DNA of 30,952 nucleotides. Origin: a virus (Duplodnaviria > Caudoviricetes). Location: positions 1 through 30,952 of IMG/VR virus record IMGVR_UViG_3300030207_001297, one strand, 5' to 3'. The position numbers and the translations under genes are program-made. The notes under the pieces are model-generated. The model did no database searches and was not told the DNA's origin. It saw only the letters and a program-made list of their open reading frames with translations. Below are positions 1-10,428 of this stretch, one piece after another (position 1 is the stretch's first letter; each line of letters begins with the position of its first letter).

Positions 1-1
1 T

Positions 2-37
2 TACGATTTAGAATATGAAGTAATAGGAGAAAGATAA
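2..37 (+). CDS. 3' end of an upstream gene, probably tail/stabilisation protein (partial)
   Basis: Frame 2 reads YDLEYEVIGER*; its TAA overlaps the ATG at 37 (TAATG). Product inferred only from position. Confidence 0.5.
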   Translation, partial: YDLEYEVIGER

Positions 38-294
38 TGGCACAAGCACCAAGATATACACCTAACCCAGTTCCTGATAACCCTGAAGATTTACCAAAAT
101 ATATATTAGAAGAATTAATTAAACTACAAGGTGCATTACAAGAATCACCTACTACTTTTATTGAGGTTAAAAACGCAACACCTGAAAGAAAGAAACAAGG
201 AGATATAGTTTATGCTGACGGCTCAAACTTTAATCCTGGAAGTGGCGAAGGAATATACTTTGTAAACGCAGCAGGTAATTATACAAAATTATGA
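37..294 (+). CDS. small virion/tail-associated hypothetical protein
   Basis: 85 aa ORF with AGGAG RBS, coupled to both neighbours, inside the structural block. Confidence 0.6.
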   Translation: MAQAPRYTPNPVPDNPEDLPKYILEELIKLQGALQESPTTFIEVKNATPERKKQGDIVYADGSNFNPGSGEGIYFVNAAGNYTKL

Positions 295-722
295 GTGCAT
301 ATATATCAGGTATATCTAACGATAGAATTGACGATGTTTGGGATACTGTAAAATTATTTATTGAAATGGGAAACAGTAAAAGCAAACAAGAAATGGGCAT
401 AGATGACATATACGAAAAATTAATTAATAGAGATATGCAGCTATGGATTATCCAAGATGAGTATGCAGAAATACTTGCAGCACTTACAACAGAAATAATG
501 ATATACCCAAAGAAAAAAACTTGCAGAATTGTTACATTAGGTGGCACTGAACTTGATGAATGGGTAGAAGGATTGTTGCAAGTCATAGAGACATGGGCAA
601 TAGATAATGGATGCGAAGCTATGGAAACAGCTTGTCGCAAAGGTTTTATCAAAAAGATTAAAAAGTATGGGTATGAACATACATACACTATACTTGGAAA
701 AGAATTAACTACACTACACTAG
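291..722 (+). CDS. GNAT-fold (acetyltransferase-like) podoviral morphogenesis protein
   Basis: Motif ...IETWAIDNGCEAMETACRKGFIKKIKKYGY is typical of GNAT-like genes that precede ejection proteins in podoviruses. Confidence 0.6.
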   Translation: MSAYISGISNDRIDDVWDTVKLFIEMGNSKSKQEMGIDDIYEKLINRDMQLWIIQDEYAEILAALTTEIMIYPKKKTCRIVTLGGTELDEWVEGLLQVIETWAIDNGCEAMETACRKGFIKKIKKYGYEHTYTILGKELTTLH

Positions 723-731
723 AGGTAAATT

Positions 732-1634
732 ATGAGTAAAGGTGGAGGAACAACAGTACAAAAGGCAGACCCTTATGAAGGGCAACGACCTTTTTTAGTG
801 GACACATATCAACAAGCACAAAATTTATACAATCAAGGTCCAATGCAATTTTTTCCTGACAGGACATTTGCATCACCAACAGAACAACAACTAACAGCAG
901 AGCAAATGGCAACCCAAACTGCACTAGGACCACAGTCGCAGTTAGCAGGGAATATTCAAGCAGCACAGAATTATAGTTTGATGTCACCTCAAAACTTAGC
1001 AACCAATCCTTACTTAGCTGGAGCAACAGAAGCTGCACTAAGACCTCTATTTACTCAAACGCAAGGATTATTGCAACAAGCGAGGAGAGATGCAACAGGT
1101 GCAGGACAGCTAGGCAGTGATAGACAAGCTATATTAGAAAGCAATGTTATTGGTAATTACTTACAACGAGCAGGTGATATAACATCTAGTATGTATAGCG
1201 ATGCTTTTCAACAAGCACAACAAAATCAGTTAAGAGCATTAGCCGTAGCACCACAAACATTACAAGCATCTCTAGTTCCTTCTCAGACACTAGCATCTGT
1301 AGGAGCTATGGAACAAGCTAGACAACAACAAGCTATTGATGATGCAAGAGCAAGATTTGAATTTGCACAACAAGCACCAGGTCAAGCACTAAAAGATTAT
1401 ACTAGTGTTATACAAGGCACAGTATTACCTGGCACACAAACAACATCAGGTGCTGAACCTAGCTTTGGGCAGAAGGCAATCGGTGCAGGTTTGCTAGGAG
1501 CAGGTGTTTATGGAGCAGGAGTAGGAACAGGAGTGTTTACAGGAGCAGGAGCTAGTGCTACCCCTGGTTTAGTAAGTAATCCTGTGGGTGCTTCAATAGC
1601 AGCAGCAATAGCATTAGCAAGTTTATTTAGTTAG
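732..1634 (+). CDS. DNA ejection/internal virion protein
   Basis: MSKGGG start, Q/A-rich helical body, Gly/Ala-rich hydrophobic C-terminus; GAGGT RBS; position. Confidence 0.65.
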   Translation: MSKGGGTTVQKADPYEGQRPFLVDTYQQAQNLYNQGPMQFFPDRTFASPTEQQLTAEQMATQTALGPQSQLAGNIQAAQNYSLMSPQNLATNPYLAGATEAALRPLFTQTQGLLQQARRDATGAGQLGSDRQAILESNVIGNYLQRAGDITSSMYSDAFQQAQQNQLRALAVAPQTLQASLVPSQTLASVGAMEQARQQQAIDDARARFEFAQQAPGQALKDYTSVIQGTVLPGTQTTSGAEPSFGQKAIGAGLLGAGVYGAGVGTGVFTGAGASATPGLVSNPVGASIAAAIALASLFS

Positions 1635-1642
1635 GAGAAATC

Positions 1643-2425
1643 ATGTCAGATACTTTTTTAGGTAAAAATTATTTAAATTATTTTACAAGCATCTTTAGAG
1701 ATAAAGAAGAAGAAACTAAATTATATGAGCAAAATATACAAAGGAACTTAGGTTTGCTAAACCAATCTAACCTGGATAATTTAAGGACTGCATATAGTAA
1801 TGACCCTAGTTTTTTTACACCAAACTTTGACCCAAATTTAATGACAGTAGAAGATAGAATAAATGTTAGAGATATGAAACCTGATTTTAAAAATGTTACA
1901 GATAATATATATGAAATAAAAATGGGAACTGGCGACATAAGATATCAAATAGGTGAAGGAGGAACAGCTAAAAAAACAAACATCACACCTAAAAATATAA
2001 ATGCTATAAATGAATTTATAGAGAAAGAAAATCGAATGTCAAAATTTAGAGGTGCTAACACTGTTTATACTATTAATGATACGGCAGGAAAAACAGGAAA
2101 AGAATTAATTGATGCACTAACAGCGAAACCATACAGTCCTGCAATACAGTCACAAATAGAATCAACAAGACAAGCTATGCAAGGTCCAATAACAGACGAT
2201 GCAGCAAAAAATATTATGAGTATGTTTGATACAGGAAATTATGGTATGCAAAATACTGTTGCTAAACCTGTAATGGGAACATCAAGCATGATGAATTTTT
2301 TACCATTTTTAATGGCAGCAAGTAAAAATAATCAACCTAAAGTAGCACCAATGCTTACACCAGTAGCTAATCCAGGATTATTTGCACAAAGAGAAAAAGA
2401 TTTATATTCAATGTTTAGGAGTTAA
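1643..2425 (+). CDS. hypothetical, probable internal virion protein
   Basis: 260 aa ORF with AGGAG RBS, within the ejection-protein block. Confidence 0.55.
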   Translation: MSDTFLGKNYLNYFTSIFRDKEEETKLYEQNIQRNLGLLNQSNLDNLRTAYSNDPSFFTPNFDPNLMTVEDRINVRDMKPDFKNVTDNIYEIKMGTGDIRYQIGEGGTAKKTNITPKNINAINEFIEKENRMSKFRGANTVYTINDTAGKTGKELIDALTAKPYSPAIQSQIESTRQAMQGPITDDAAKNIMSMFDTGNYGMQNTVAKPVMGTSSMMNFLPFLMAASKNNQPKVAPMLTPVANPGLFAQREKDLYSMFRS

Positions 2426-2426
2426 T

Positions 2427-2993
2427 ATGGCAAAAGATGACGACCCTTTAAAAAGTATAGCTGAAGGATTAGGAGGTATTGTTGCTCCTGCAAGTTTAGC
2501 TAACGACCCAGCAAAAATGTTAGAAGCAATACGCAATGCTTCTCTTATAAGATTAGGTATAGGTTTACAAACCGATATGAGAGCAGGTGAGTCTGCATAT
2601 ACTCGCATGGGAGAGGTTGCAAAAGATGCAGCAGAACAAGTAAAAACATTAGCAGCAGCACAAAAAGGAATAGGTACAAAAAGAAAAGATTTAACAACAG
2701 AGTTTGGGAAAACACAAACTGCATACAATAAATTGTTTTATGTGCCTGACGAAATGACAGGAGCATTAAAACAATTAAGACAAGACTTTATGGAGTTAGG
2801 AATTACCCCACCATCGCAAGAATTTTTTAAAAATAATTTATTTACAGAAGATTATTTTTTAGGAAACACAGGACAAGGAGATAATTATTTAGAATTTCAT
2901 AAACAACAAGTAATTAAATCAAAAGAAAAAGGAGAAAACCCTCCTACATGGGAAGAAAGTTTTAATACATATAACATAATTAGAAATTTATAA
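2427..2993 (+). CDS. hypothetical, probable internal virion protein
   Basis: Start moved to ATG 2427 (MAKDDDP...) after the AGGAG RBS; TAATG coupling to the next gene. Confidence 0.55.
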   Translation: MAKDDDPLKSIAEGLGGIVAPASLANDPAKMLEAIRNASLIRLGIGLQTDMRAGESAYTRMGEVAKDAAEQVKTLAAAQKGIGTKRKDLTTEFGKTQTAYNKLFYVPDEMTGALKQLRQDFMELGITPPSQEFFKNNLFTEDYFLGNTGQGDNYLEFHKQQVIKSKEKGENPPTWEESFNTYNIIRNL

Positions 2994-5900
2994 TGCCAAT
3001 AACAGATGAAGATAGAGAATTATATAATACTATAAATGGTACTGTAACACCAGGCAAGGCAGTTATTGACCCAAGTGACGAACAGTTGTACGACAGAATT
3101 AATGCAGGTTCAAACTACGAAGCTATATTAAATAACGAAATAGGCATAGATTCACAGTCTGTGCCAGGGATTAATAATGAAAAAGAAGCACTAGCATTTG
3201 CAGGTACAATGGGTATGCTTGACACTTATAGAGGTGTGAAGCAATACTTTGGGTTTGACGAAAAAGAAATGAAAGCAGACCAAAGAAAATTAAATGCAAT
3301 ATTTAGAAACAAAGATTATGGTGGTAAGGCATTTGCAACTTATATGGGTGGTATTATTGCTGACCCTGCTGGATGGATTATACCTCTTGCAAAAGCAAAG
3401 TCAGTAGCATCAATGGTTAAACAAGGTGTTGCATACGGAACTGCACTTGGAGCTGCTTCTTATGTAGACGAAGATAGTGGATTTACAAGATTAGAACAAG
3501 CTGGATTAGGTGCTGTTGGTGGTGGTGTTATAACAGGCACACTAGGTTTAGCTGCTAGAAGATGGGCAGGATTCGACACTCCTGCTGTAACAAGAAAAGA
3601 ACAACTAGAAGAATTGCCAAGCAAAAATTTACAAATAGAACAAACAAGAACTAGAGCATTAAGAAGGCAAGATGCTGAATTAGCAAGACTTACATCTACA
3701 GAAGAAAAACTTACAGCAATACAATCTTACAAAAAAAATGTAGCTATCCCAACATGGAACGCATGGGTAAGAAATCCTATGAGACCTTTAGGTATGGCAG
3801 GTGGTGGATTTGTTGCATACAATATGCTCGATTTAATACCTGAAGAACATGAAGAAACGGCAACAGATTTTATAAGAAATGTTGCATTGGTAGGAGTTGG
3901 TATAGCAGCAGGTAAAAAATTTGGAGATGTATTAAACAGAACAGAATTTGTAAACACTGCAATACATAGAGTTTCACCTGAAAATAGGATGCACCCTGAA
4001 ATATTAAGATTAGCTGATGAGTTAGATGGCAGGGTTGGAACATATTACAATAGAGTTTCTTCTTTAAATAAAGATGTAGAAAAGCTAGACGATAATAGTA
4101 GAAAAATTTTATATAATTTAATGGGTGGTGACTTAGGCAAGGATGAATTAATTGCTTTATCTAAAGGAGAAATAGTAAATAGAAAAGTAAGAGCAGTAGG
4201 TGACATTAATCCTGTAACTAAAAAACCTTGGACTAAATCAGAAATATCTCAGCTTTCGCCAAACGAACAACTTGCTCTTAAAAATAAAACAATGAAAGAC
4301 GAAAGAGTAGAAGATTTTTTAGGCATAGGATTGCCAAAAGAAACTAACAAGTTGTTAAAAATGAATGACGAACAAACTCAAATAATGAAAGAAATAGGCG
4401 AAGATTTAAGATTGGCAGGTATCATTGATGACCAAACTTTTAAAACAAACATTAACAACTACATAAAAAGAAATTATGAAGGACTAGAAAAAACATTAGG
4501 TCCAAACAAAGCAAACAAAATTACAAATACATTAGCTAAAATTAGAGGAGATTCTTTATACAGCAGGGGTTCTGTTTATAATTTAGGAAACAAAAGCACT
4601 TTTACCAAAGATGAGTTAAAAGAAATTGTACCTGAATTAAGAGCAGAAAGAAGATATGATTATAGAATAAATCAAACTTATGGAAAAACAAAAGACCAGG
4701 CAGGTAATATTCTTAACAGAATAGATGATGTTGCAGACCCTCAATACAACAAAGCATTAACACCTGCACAACAAGAATCTAACTTTGGGGTTGTTATAAG
4801 AAAAGACAAAGACAATCCTGATAAGTACCAAATTATAACACAGCTTAGTAAAGCCGAAAGACAATCATTAAATGAAATAGAAGATGTATCTATGTCTTTA
4901 GCTAAAAGTGCATTAGAGTTAAGAACATCTGTTGGTATTGGTAAATATTATGCAGAACTTTACAACACTGGTATTGCAAAAGGTTTTGTAATGAACTCAT
5001 CTGATGCTTTAGTCAGCAGGTTAGCTAAAGATGGTTACAGGATATCTGAAACACCAGGTAAAAACGGCAGACCAATTATACAAACAGACGCAACAGATAG
5101 AATTGAAAGAGAAATGTTTGTTTTAAGAAGCCAAGACCCAACCTTGCCAAAAAGATATACAACAGGACAAGATGAATATGGACAACCATTGCCAAAAGTA
5201 CCTTACATTAATTTAGGAAGATATAACAAACTTCAAAAAGAATTAGAAACTGAACAGAACAAAGCATACAAAGAATATTTAAAAATAAAAAAACAAGAAG
5301 AAATAAAATATAAATCAGCAACCTTAGATAACCCATACACAAGGACAAGAAAATTAGCTGACGGAACTGAAATAAAAGAAGATTTTGTTTATGTGCCTAA
5401 GATAACAGAGGATGACCCAACAGGAACAGGTAAAGCATTTACTAAATTTGGTGGTGAAGATGGAACTAAAATACCAACCTACGGAAAGCTAAATGGTAAT
5501 TTAATTAGAGTAGATGAATACAAAGATATGCAACTACTTAAATCTCTTAGAGAAAATGATGGGTCAAGATTATTAGGAGAAGGTTATTTTAAATTAAATA
5601 GTTTTTGGAAAAAAACTAAAACAGTTTACAACCCTGCTGTTCATGTAAACAATTACATATCAAATTATACTTTGTATTATGGTGGTAATGGTGCATGGAA
5701 ACAATTAGGTAAAGTACATAATGATGGAACAATAAAACAAATACTTGGTTTTGAAAGAGGAACTGTTAAATGGGATGATTTAGATGATGATTTAAAACAT
5801 ATGTATCGAAGTGGAGTATTTGGCAGAGATTTAATTTCAGCAGAATTAAAACTAGCAGACGCAGAAAGACTAGCTAAAATGTTTTCAACAAAAGAAGCAG

Positions 5901-7042
5901 AACAAACAGGTGATTGGTTTGCTAGTGCTATAAAAACTATCGACAATCAATTACAAAAAACTAAAATTTTTAACCCTATAAAAAAATTAGGTCTTGCCCT
6001 TGACGATAAACTGTCTGCTGCATATCAATTAGAAGATAGGTTGTTTAGAGTAGCATTATACAGAAGCAGACTTAATCAAGTTAATCCTGAAACAGGAATA
6101 AAATATACAAGAGCAGAAGCAGCAAGAGATTCTATAAAACAGTTCGTAGATTATAATATTAAATCTAAATTTGTAAATCAAATAAGAAGTTCGGCAGTAC
6201 CATTTTTATCATACTCCTATCGCATCATACCAAGACTTGCTGAAATAGGTTTAAAACATCCTGAAAAAGTAGCAGTTATTGCAGCATTAGGATTTGCTGC
6301 TAATGACATTTCAAGAGGATTAACTGGTGCATCTAAAGAACAAATGGATTTAGAAAGAAAGTTCATGCAAGATTACAACAAACAAAATATGTTTGGATTA
6401 GGAGCAATGCCTGAAGCTAATATAAGAATCAAAGGTGGTGACAAACCTAAATATTTTAACTTTAGCAGAATGTTGCCAGGTGGAGATGTCTTTATGGTAG
6501 GTGGTGCAACTCCAGGAGAAGTTCCATATTTACCGAGATTTGTACAACCAGGTGGTCCTGCATATGGTTCAGCATTAAGAGCAGTAGGTATTGACCCATT
6601 TACTTTAAGACCTGATTCAGTCAATGAAATTGGCATGAGTAGGTCAGAAATAGGTTTAGAAAGAATTAGCAAAATTGCTAAAGATTTTATACCAAACATA
6701 CCTGGTATTCCTGGTAGTTTTTCATCTAAAAAAATATCAAGAGCATATGAAAGAGAATACGGAGATGCTCCTAAGTACAATACATTAGACGACCCATTAA
6801 CAACTATGGAAGCAGTCGCAAACTCTTTAGGATTCAAAATAAATACAGCAGATATAAATAGATTAAGAAGGTTTAAATCGGCAGAAGCTAATCAAATATC
6901 TTCAAGATTTAATCAAAAAAGAAAACAATTAAACAATGACAGAATGAAAGGAGTTATATCTTACGAAGAATATTTAGATGAAGCACAACAATTAAAATTA
7001 GATTTTAAAGAAGCATTAGATGATTTAAGGAGTGAAGAATGA
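2993..7042 (+). CDS. large internal virion/DNA ejection protein
   Basis: 1349 aa; Gly-rich hydrophobic hairpins near the N-terminus; C-terminal region (AVPFLSYSYR...YFNFSRMLPGGD) resembles large polyvalent/ejection proteins; last gene of the ejection block. Confidence 0.7.
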   Translation: MPITDEDRELYNTINGTVTPGKAVIDPSDEQLYDRINAGSNYEAILNNEIGIDSQSVPGINNEKEALAFAGTMGMLDTYRGVKQYFGFDEKEMKADQRKLNAIFRNKDYGGKAFATYMGGIIADPAGWIIPLAKAKSVASMVKQGVAYGTALGAASYVDEDSGFTRLEQAGLGAVGGGVITGTLGLAARRWAGFDTPAVTRKEQLEELPSKNLQIEQTRTRALRRQDAELARLTSTEEKLTAIQSYKKNVAIPTWNAWVRNPMRPLGMAGGGFVAYNMLDLIPEEHEETATDFIRNVALVGVGIAAGKKFGDVLNRTEFVNTAIHRVSPENRMHPEILRLADELDGRVGTYYNRVSSLNKDVEKLDDNSRKILYNLMGGDLGKDELIALSKGEIVNRKVRAVGDINPVTKKPWTKSEISQLSPNEQLALKNKTMKDERVEDFLGIGLPKETNKLLKMNDEQTQIMKEIGEDLRLAGIIDDQTFKTNINNYIKRNYEGLEKTLGPNKANKITNTLAKIRGDSLYSRGSVYNLGNKSTFTKDELKEIVPELRAERRYDYRINQTYGKTKDQAGNILNRIDDVADPQYNKALTPAQQESNFGVVIRKDKDNPDKYQIITQLSKAERQSLNEIEDVSMSLAKSALELRTSVGIGKYYAELYNTGIAKGFVMNSSDALVSRLAKDGYRISETPGKNGRPIIQTDATDRIEREMFVLRSQDPTLPKRYTTGQDEYGQPLPKVPYINLGRYNKLQKELETEQNKAYKEYLKIKKQEEIKYKSATLDNPYTRTRKLADGTEIKEDFVYVPKITEDDPTGTGKAFTKFGGEDGTKIPTYGKLNGNLIRVDEYKDMQLLKSLRENDGSRLLGEGYFKLNSFWKKTKTVYNPAVHVNNYISNYTLYYGGNGAWKQLGKVHNDGTIKQILGFERGTVKWDDLDDDLKHMYRSGVFGRDLISAELKLADAERLAKMFSTKEAEQTGDWFASAIKTIDNQLQKTKIFNPIKKLGLALDDKLSAAYQLEDRLFRVALYRSRLNQVNPETGIKYTRAEAARDSIKQFVDYNIKSKFVNQIRSSAVPFLSYSYRIIPRLAEIGLKHPEKVAVIAALGFAANDISRGLTGASKEQMDLERKFMQDYNKQNMFGLGAMPEANIRIKGGDKPKYFNFSRMLPGGDVFMVGGATPGEVPYLPRFVQPGGPAYGSALRAVGIDPFTLRPDSVNEIGMSRSEIGLERISKIAKDFIPNIPGIPGSFSSKKISRAYEREYGDAPKYNTLDDPLTTMEAVANSLGFKINTADINRLRRFKSAEANQISSRFNQKRKQLNNDRMKGVISYEEYLDEAQQLKLDFKEALDDLRSEE

Positions 7043-7470
7043 TACCAATGGAATTACTGTCAATGTTAGCATCCACTGTGTTAGGTGGCATCATGTCTAT
7101 CATGGCACAGAAAGGACAAGCCGAACAAGAAAAACAAAAGATGTTAATGCAACGAGCAGGATTCGCAGCTAAACAAACCGACAAAGCTCGTAATGTTTCT
7201 GACCCACATACTAAACACACAAGAAGATGGATAGCATTGATGTGCGTATTCAGTATTATTGTAGTGCCAATCGTTGCACCTATATTTACTGATGTAAACA
7301 TTGCATATCAAATAGTAACTGAAGCTGACAGTGGTTGGTGGATATTTGGTTCTACTTATGAGACCTCATACTTTGAAGAAGGCAATACAATTTTTATAAC
7401 TAACTTACAATCACACACGATATTCTCGATTATCGGACTTTACTTTGGAGGGTCTTTAACTAGAAAATAA
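7039..7470 (+). CDS. holin-like membrane protein (3TM type)
   Basis: Hydrophobic N-terminus, TRRWIAL followed by a TM helix, and C-terminal IIGLYFGGS resemble GTA-type 3TM holins. Confidence 0.5.
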   Translation: MIPMELLSMLASTVLGGIMSIMAQKGQAEQEKQKMLMQRAGFAAKQTDKARNVSDPHTKHTRRWIALMCVFSIIVVPIVAPIFTDVNIAYQIVTEADSGWWIFGSTYETSYFEEGNTIFITNLQSHTIFSIIGLYFGGSLTRK

Positions 7471-7472
7471 TT

Positions 7473-7721
7473 ATGGCAATCGAAAGAGCAGGTGAAAAAT
7501 TTTCAGGATACAACAAACCAAAAAGGTCTAGGAAAGGTGGCAAGAAATTTGCCGTGTTAGCTAAAGAAGGCAACACTATAAAACTTATTAGATTTGGTGA
7601 TGCCAACATGACCATTAAAAAAAATATACCATCAAGAAGAAAGTCGTTTAGAGCAAGACACAAATGTGATACTGCTAAATCTAAATTAACAGCAAGGTAT
7701 TGGTCATGCAAAAAATGGTAA
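7473..7721 (+). CDS. small basic protein of a family common in aquatic viruses (DUF5754-like)
   Basis: KLIRFGD...RRKSFRARHKC...ARYWSCKKW motif. Confidence 0.6.
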   Translation: MAIERAGEKFSGYNKPKRSRKGGKKFAVLAKEGNTIKLIRFGDANMTIKKNIPSRRKSFRARHKCDTAKSKLTARYWSCKKW

Positions 7722-8293
7722 AAGGATTAATTGCATTAGTATTAATAATATTAGTTTTATGTATTGAACAATCAATAGCCGACACTACATCTAGTGGTGC
7801 TACTGACCTCAACCAAACTAATACAAGTGGCACTAACACAAGTATAAGTGGTGGATATAGTTCAGAAACAACTTATCAATCAGGTAGTAGTTCCAATACT
7901 ACAAATACTACCAACAATAGTTCTAATACCAAAACTGCTGTCAATCCATCTAATGCACCTGCTATGAGTGTATATGGACAAGACAGTTGCGTCATACCAT
8001 TAGCAGCAGGGATAACTGTTATTGGGTTTAGTGGCACATATGGTAGTTATTATACAGACCCTGCCTGTGAATTAAGAAAGAAAAGTAAACTATTAAATAA
8101 ACTAGGCATGAAAGTTGCAGCGATATCGTTGATGTGTCAAGACGATGCAGTCTTTGATGCTATGATGAACGCAGGTACACCATGTCCTGTTGATGGATTA
8201 ATTGGCGAACAAGCAAAAGCAAGATGGCTAGAGAAAAGAAAAGAAGATTTATCTAACGAAACTAGCAAAAGGTCTATGACATGGAACGATTAA
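7715..8293 (+). CDS. signal-peptide-bearing, Ser/Thr/Asn-rich, Cys-containing protein
   Basis: ATG 7715 (MVKGLIALVLIILVLC...), low-complexity T/S/N tract, Cys-containing C-terminal domain. Confidence 0.6.
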   Translation: MVKGLIALVLIILVLCIEQSIADTTSSGATDLNQTNTSGTNTSISGGYSSETTYQSGSSSNTTNTTNNSSNTKTAVNPSNAPAMSVYGQDSCVIPLAAGITVIGFSGTYGSYYTDPACELRKKSKLLNKLGMKVAAISLMCQDDAVFDAMMNAGTPCPVDGLIGEQAKARWLEKRKEDLSNETSKRSMTWND

Positions 8294-9621
8294 TATTTAT
8301 ATTATTATTCCCTTTGACTTTATTTGCAGAAGAATTAACAACCAATAACCTAATTACTAATGGCACATTTGATAATGGTACAAATGGCTGGACTTTATCA
8401 GGTAATGCAGTACGAATAAATGATTGTTGTCCAGGAGGACACGACCTAGAGTTTGGAGATAGTGGCAGTATTGAGCAATCTTTCAATCTTACATCTGATA
8501 CTATAACTCAAACCATGCTTGATAATGGCATTACTCTTAACTCTAGTGTTGAAGTACAAAATGGAGAGTGTGGTGTAGCACAATGTTGGGGTGGTCAAGG
8601 TGGTGCTGATAGCTTTACAATAAGATTACAAATAAGAGATAGCAATAATGAAATATTGGCAACAACTAGTCAAACTAGGACAAATGTTACAGGCATCAAT
8701 GGTAAAGATTTCCAAGATACTCTCTCGTATACAGGGATTAATAGTAACATTGGAAATATTCTTATTAGTGGGACTGATGCTAATGCTCCTGCTAGTCTTG
8801 GTGGTCCTAATGTAGACAACATATCGGTTACTATGACGTATGATGATACAGTTTTAACAGCTACACAGACAGAAGAACTACAAGAAATACAAGAAGTTAT
8901 ATCATTTATTGAAACAGAACCAATAGAGTTTGAAGAAATAGTTATACAAGAATTTATAGAAGAAAATTATGTTTTGGAATTTCCAACAATTATGGTAGAA
9001 TTATCTGAAGAAGAAAAATTTGTTGAGGAATCATTAGTATTAGAAATTTATGAAGAACCAAAGACCGAGCAGGAAGTCACAACAGAAATCGAAAGTGAAG
9101 AAATTGTCCTTGCAGAGGAGCAAGGAGGAACTGAAGAAGTATCTTCGAGAGAAGAAAGAAGTGTTGTTGAAGAACAACCCACATCTGCTAACAGCAATGA
9201 AGAAAAGGTTGAAACCGAAACAACAGGAAGCAACCAACCTACCGAAACCACAGAACAAAACACTGTGGCAGAAGATGTTAGAGTGGATACAGTCAAAGAT
9301 ATCACAAATCAAATAGAAAAAACTGTAGCTAATATAGATAAGCAATTAGTTTTAACACAACAAATAATTGCAAAGGTTATGCAGAACGATTCTATGATTG
9401 ACTCGTACTTATCTACTAATATGAATTTATTTAAAAACCAACCTACTATTAATGGAGGAGTTTATAATGAACAAAGACAATATGTTGATAATAGAGTGCT
9501 ATATGCTGAGAATCAAGATGTTTATAATGATGTGGTCTTTCGTTATCAAAAACAAATTGATGAAGCTATGGATGAAGTTATAAGAACACAAGAACATTTA
9601 AGGAGAATCCGTGGATATTAA
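8281..9621 (+). CDS. secreted protein: jelly-roll/carbohydrate-binding-like domain, acidic linker, C-terminal helix
   Basis: Signal peptide MERLIFILLFPLTLFA; NLITNGTFDNGTNGW is a CBM-like start; long Glu-rich linker. Confidence 0.6.
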   Translation: MERLIFILLFPLTLFAEELTTNNLITNGTFDNGTNGWTLSGNAVRINDCCPGGHDLEFGDSGSIEQSFNLTSDTITQTMLDNGITLNSSVEVQNGECGVAQCWGGQGGADSFTIRLQIRDSNNEILATTSQTRTNVTGINGKDFQDTLSYTGINSNIGNILISGTDANAPASLGGPNVDNISVTMTYDDTVLTATQTEELQEIQEVISFIETEPIEFEEIVIQEFIEENYVLEFPTIMVELSEEEKFVEESLVLEIYEEPKTEQEVTTEIESEEIVLAEEQGGTEEVSSREERSVVEEQPTSANSNEEKVETETTGSNQPTETTEQNTVAEDVRVDTVKDITNQIEKTVANIDKQLVLTQQIIAKVMQNDSMIDSYLSTNMNLFKNQPTINGGVYNEQRQYVDNRVLYAENQDVYNDVVFRYQKQIDEAMDEVIRTQEHLRRIRGY

Positions 9622-9838
9622 ATTAATTACTGGAATAATAGGATTAGTAATCACTATTGGTGGGCTGTTTGTTTACCAAGGTCAGTTAATACAAAGAGTA
9701 GAGGTTTTAGAAAGCAAGACAGCACCTAATATAAAACCTCTTGAACAAGACATTGCTATTAACAAAGCAGAGATTGCAGTTCTAAAAGCAAAAGTAGACG
9801 AAATAAAAGCGAGAAACGACAACCCCTTATCACAATGA
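9611..9838 (+). CDS. single-TM coiled-coil protein
   Basis: N-terminal TM helix followed by heptad-rich LEQDIAINKAEIAVLKAKVDEIK; AGGAG RBS upstream of a GTG start. Confidence 0.6.
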   Translation: MDIKLITGIIGLVITIGGLFVYQGQLIQRVEVLESKTAPNIKPLEQDIAINKAEIAVLKAKVDEIKARNDNPLSQ

Positions 9839-10020
9839 TTTATGAATCACTACTACTGGCACTTGTTATTGCTGTAGTAATGGTGATTCATCCTGAGTTT
9901 TTTTCTTGGTTTTTTACACATATAAAAACTAAGTATCTTAGACCTGAAGTTAGTATCTTCGAGTTATTAATCATCGGAATAATCATATACATATTAGTAT
10001 TGATATATCCAGGAGAGTGA
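9835..10020 (+). CDS. small two-TM membrane protein
   Basis: Two hydrophobic segments; ATGA overlap with the previous gene. Confidence 0.5.
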   Translation: MIYESLLLALVIAVVMVIHPEFFSWFFTHIKTKYLRPEVSIFELLIIGIIIYILVLIYPGE

Positions 10021-10232
10021 TTATGTGTGCAAGAGCAGTTCCGTTCTCTGATAAAGAAATGGAATACATCTGTGCAATATTTGCTATAGACTCTAAAGCT
10101 AGAATCAGCATAAAAGGTAAACTTGAATCAAGAGAAGATTACTTATATGGTGGTATCGAATGGGAAGAAGGGTATATACCTATACCTTATGACCAAGTTT
10201 TGGAGAAAATGAATGAGCAAAAAGAAACATAA
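10017..10232 (+). CDS. hypothetical protein
   Basis: 71 aa ORF (start may be ATG 10023) with AGGAG upstream; fills the gap in the operon. Confidence 0.5.
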   Translation: MIMCARAVPFSDKEMEYICAIFAIDSKARISIKGKLESREDYLYGGIEWEEGYIPIPYDQVLEKMNEQKET

Positions 10233-10428
10233 CGATGTGATTAACCACCCTGACCATTATACGAAAGGGATAGAAACAATAGATTACATACGAAGCTGGG
10301 GTATGGACTATGTTACTGGGAACATAATAAAGTATGTAACGAGATACCCATATAAAGGTACTGCTGTGCAAGATTTAAAGAAGGCACGATGGTACATAGA
10401 TTATTTAATCAAGGAACTAGATGAATGA
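10213..10428 (+). CDS. DUF3310 family protein
   Basis: INHPDHY...IETIDYI...GNIIKYVTRY..K...QDLKKARWY signature. Confidence 0.85.
   Translation: MSKKKHNDVINHPDHYTKGIETIDYIRSWGMDYVTGNIIKYVTRYPYKGTAVQDLKKARWYIDYLIKELDE

Noticed and set aside
230-9345. Antisense and alternate-frame ORFs in the track (e.g. 230-688, 6373-6837, 9040-9345, 9050-9316)
   Set aside because: They lie within better supported + strand genes, lack RBSs and have shadow-ORF composition.
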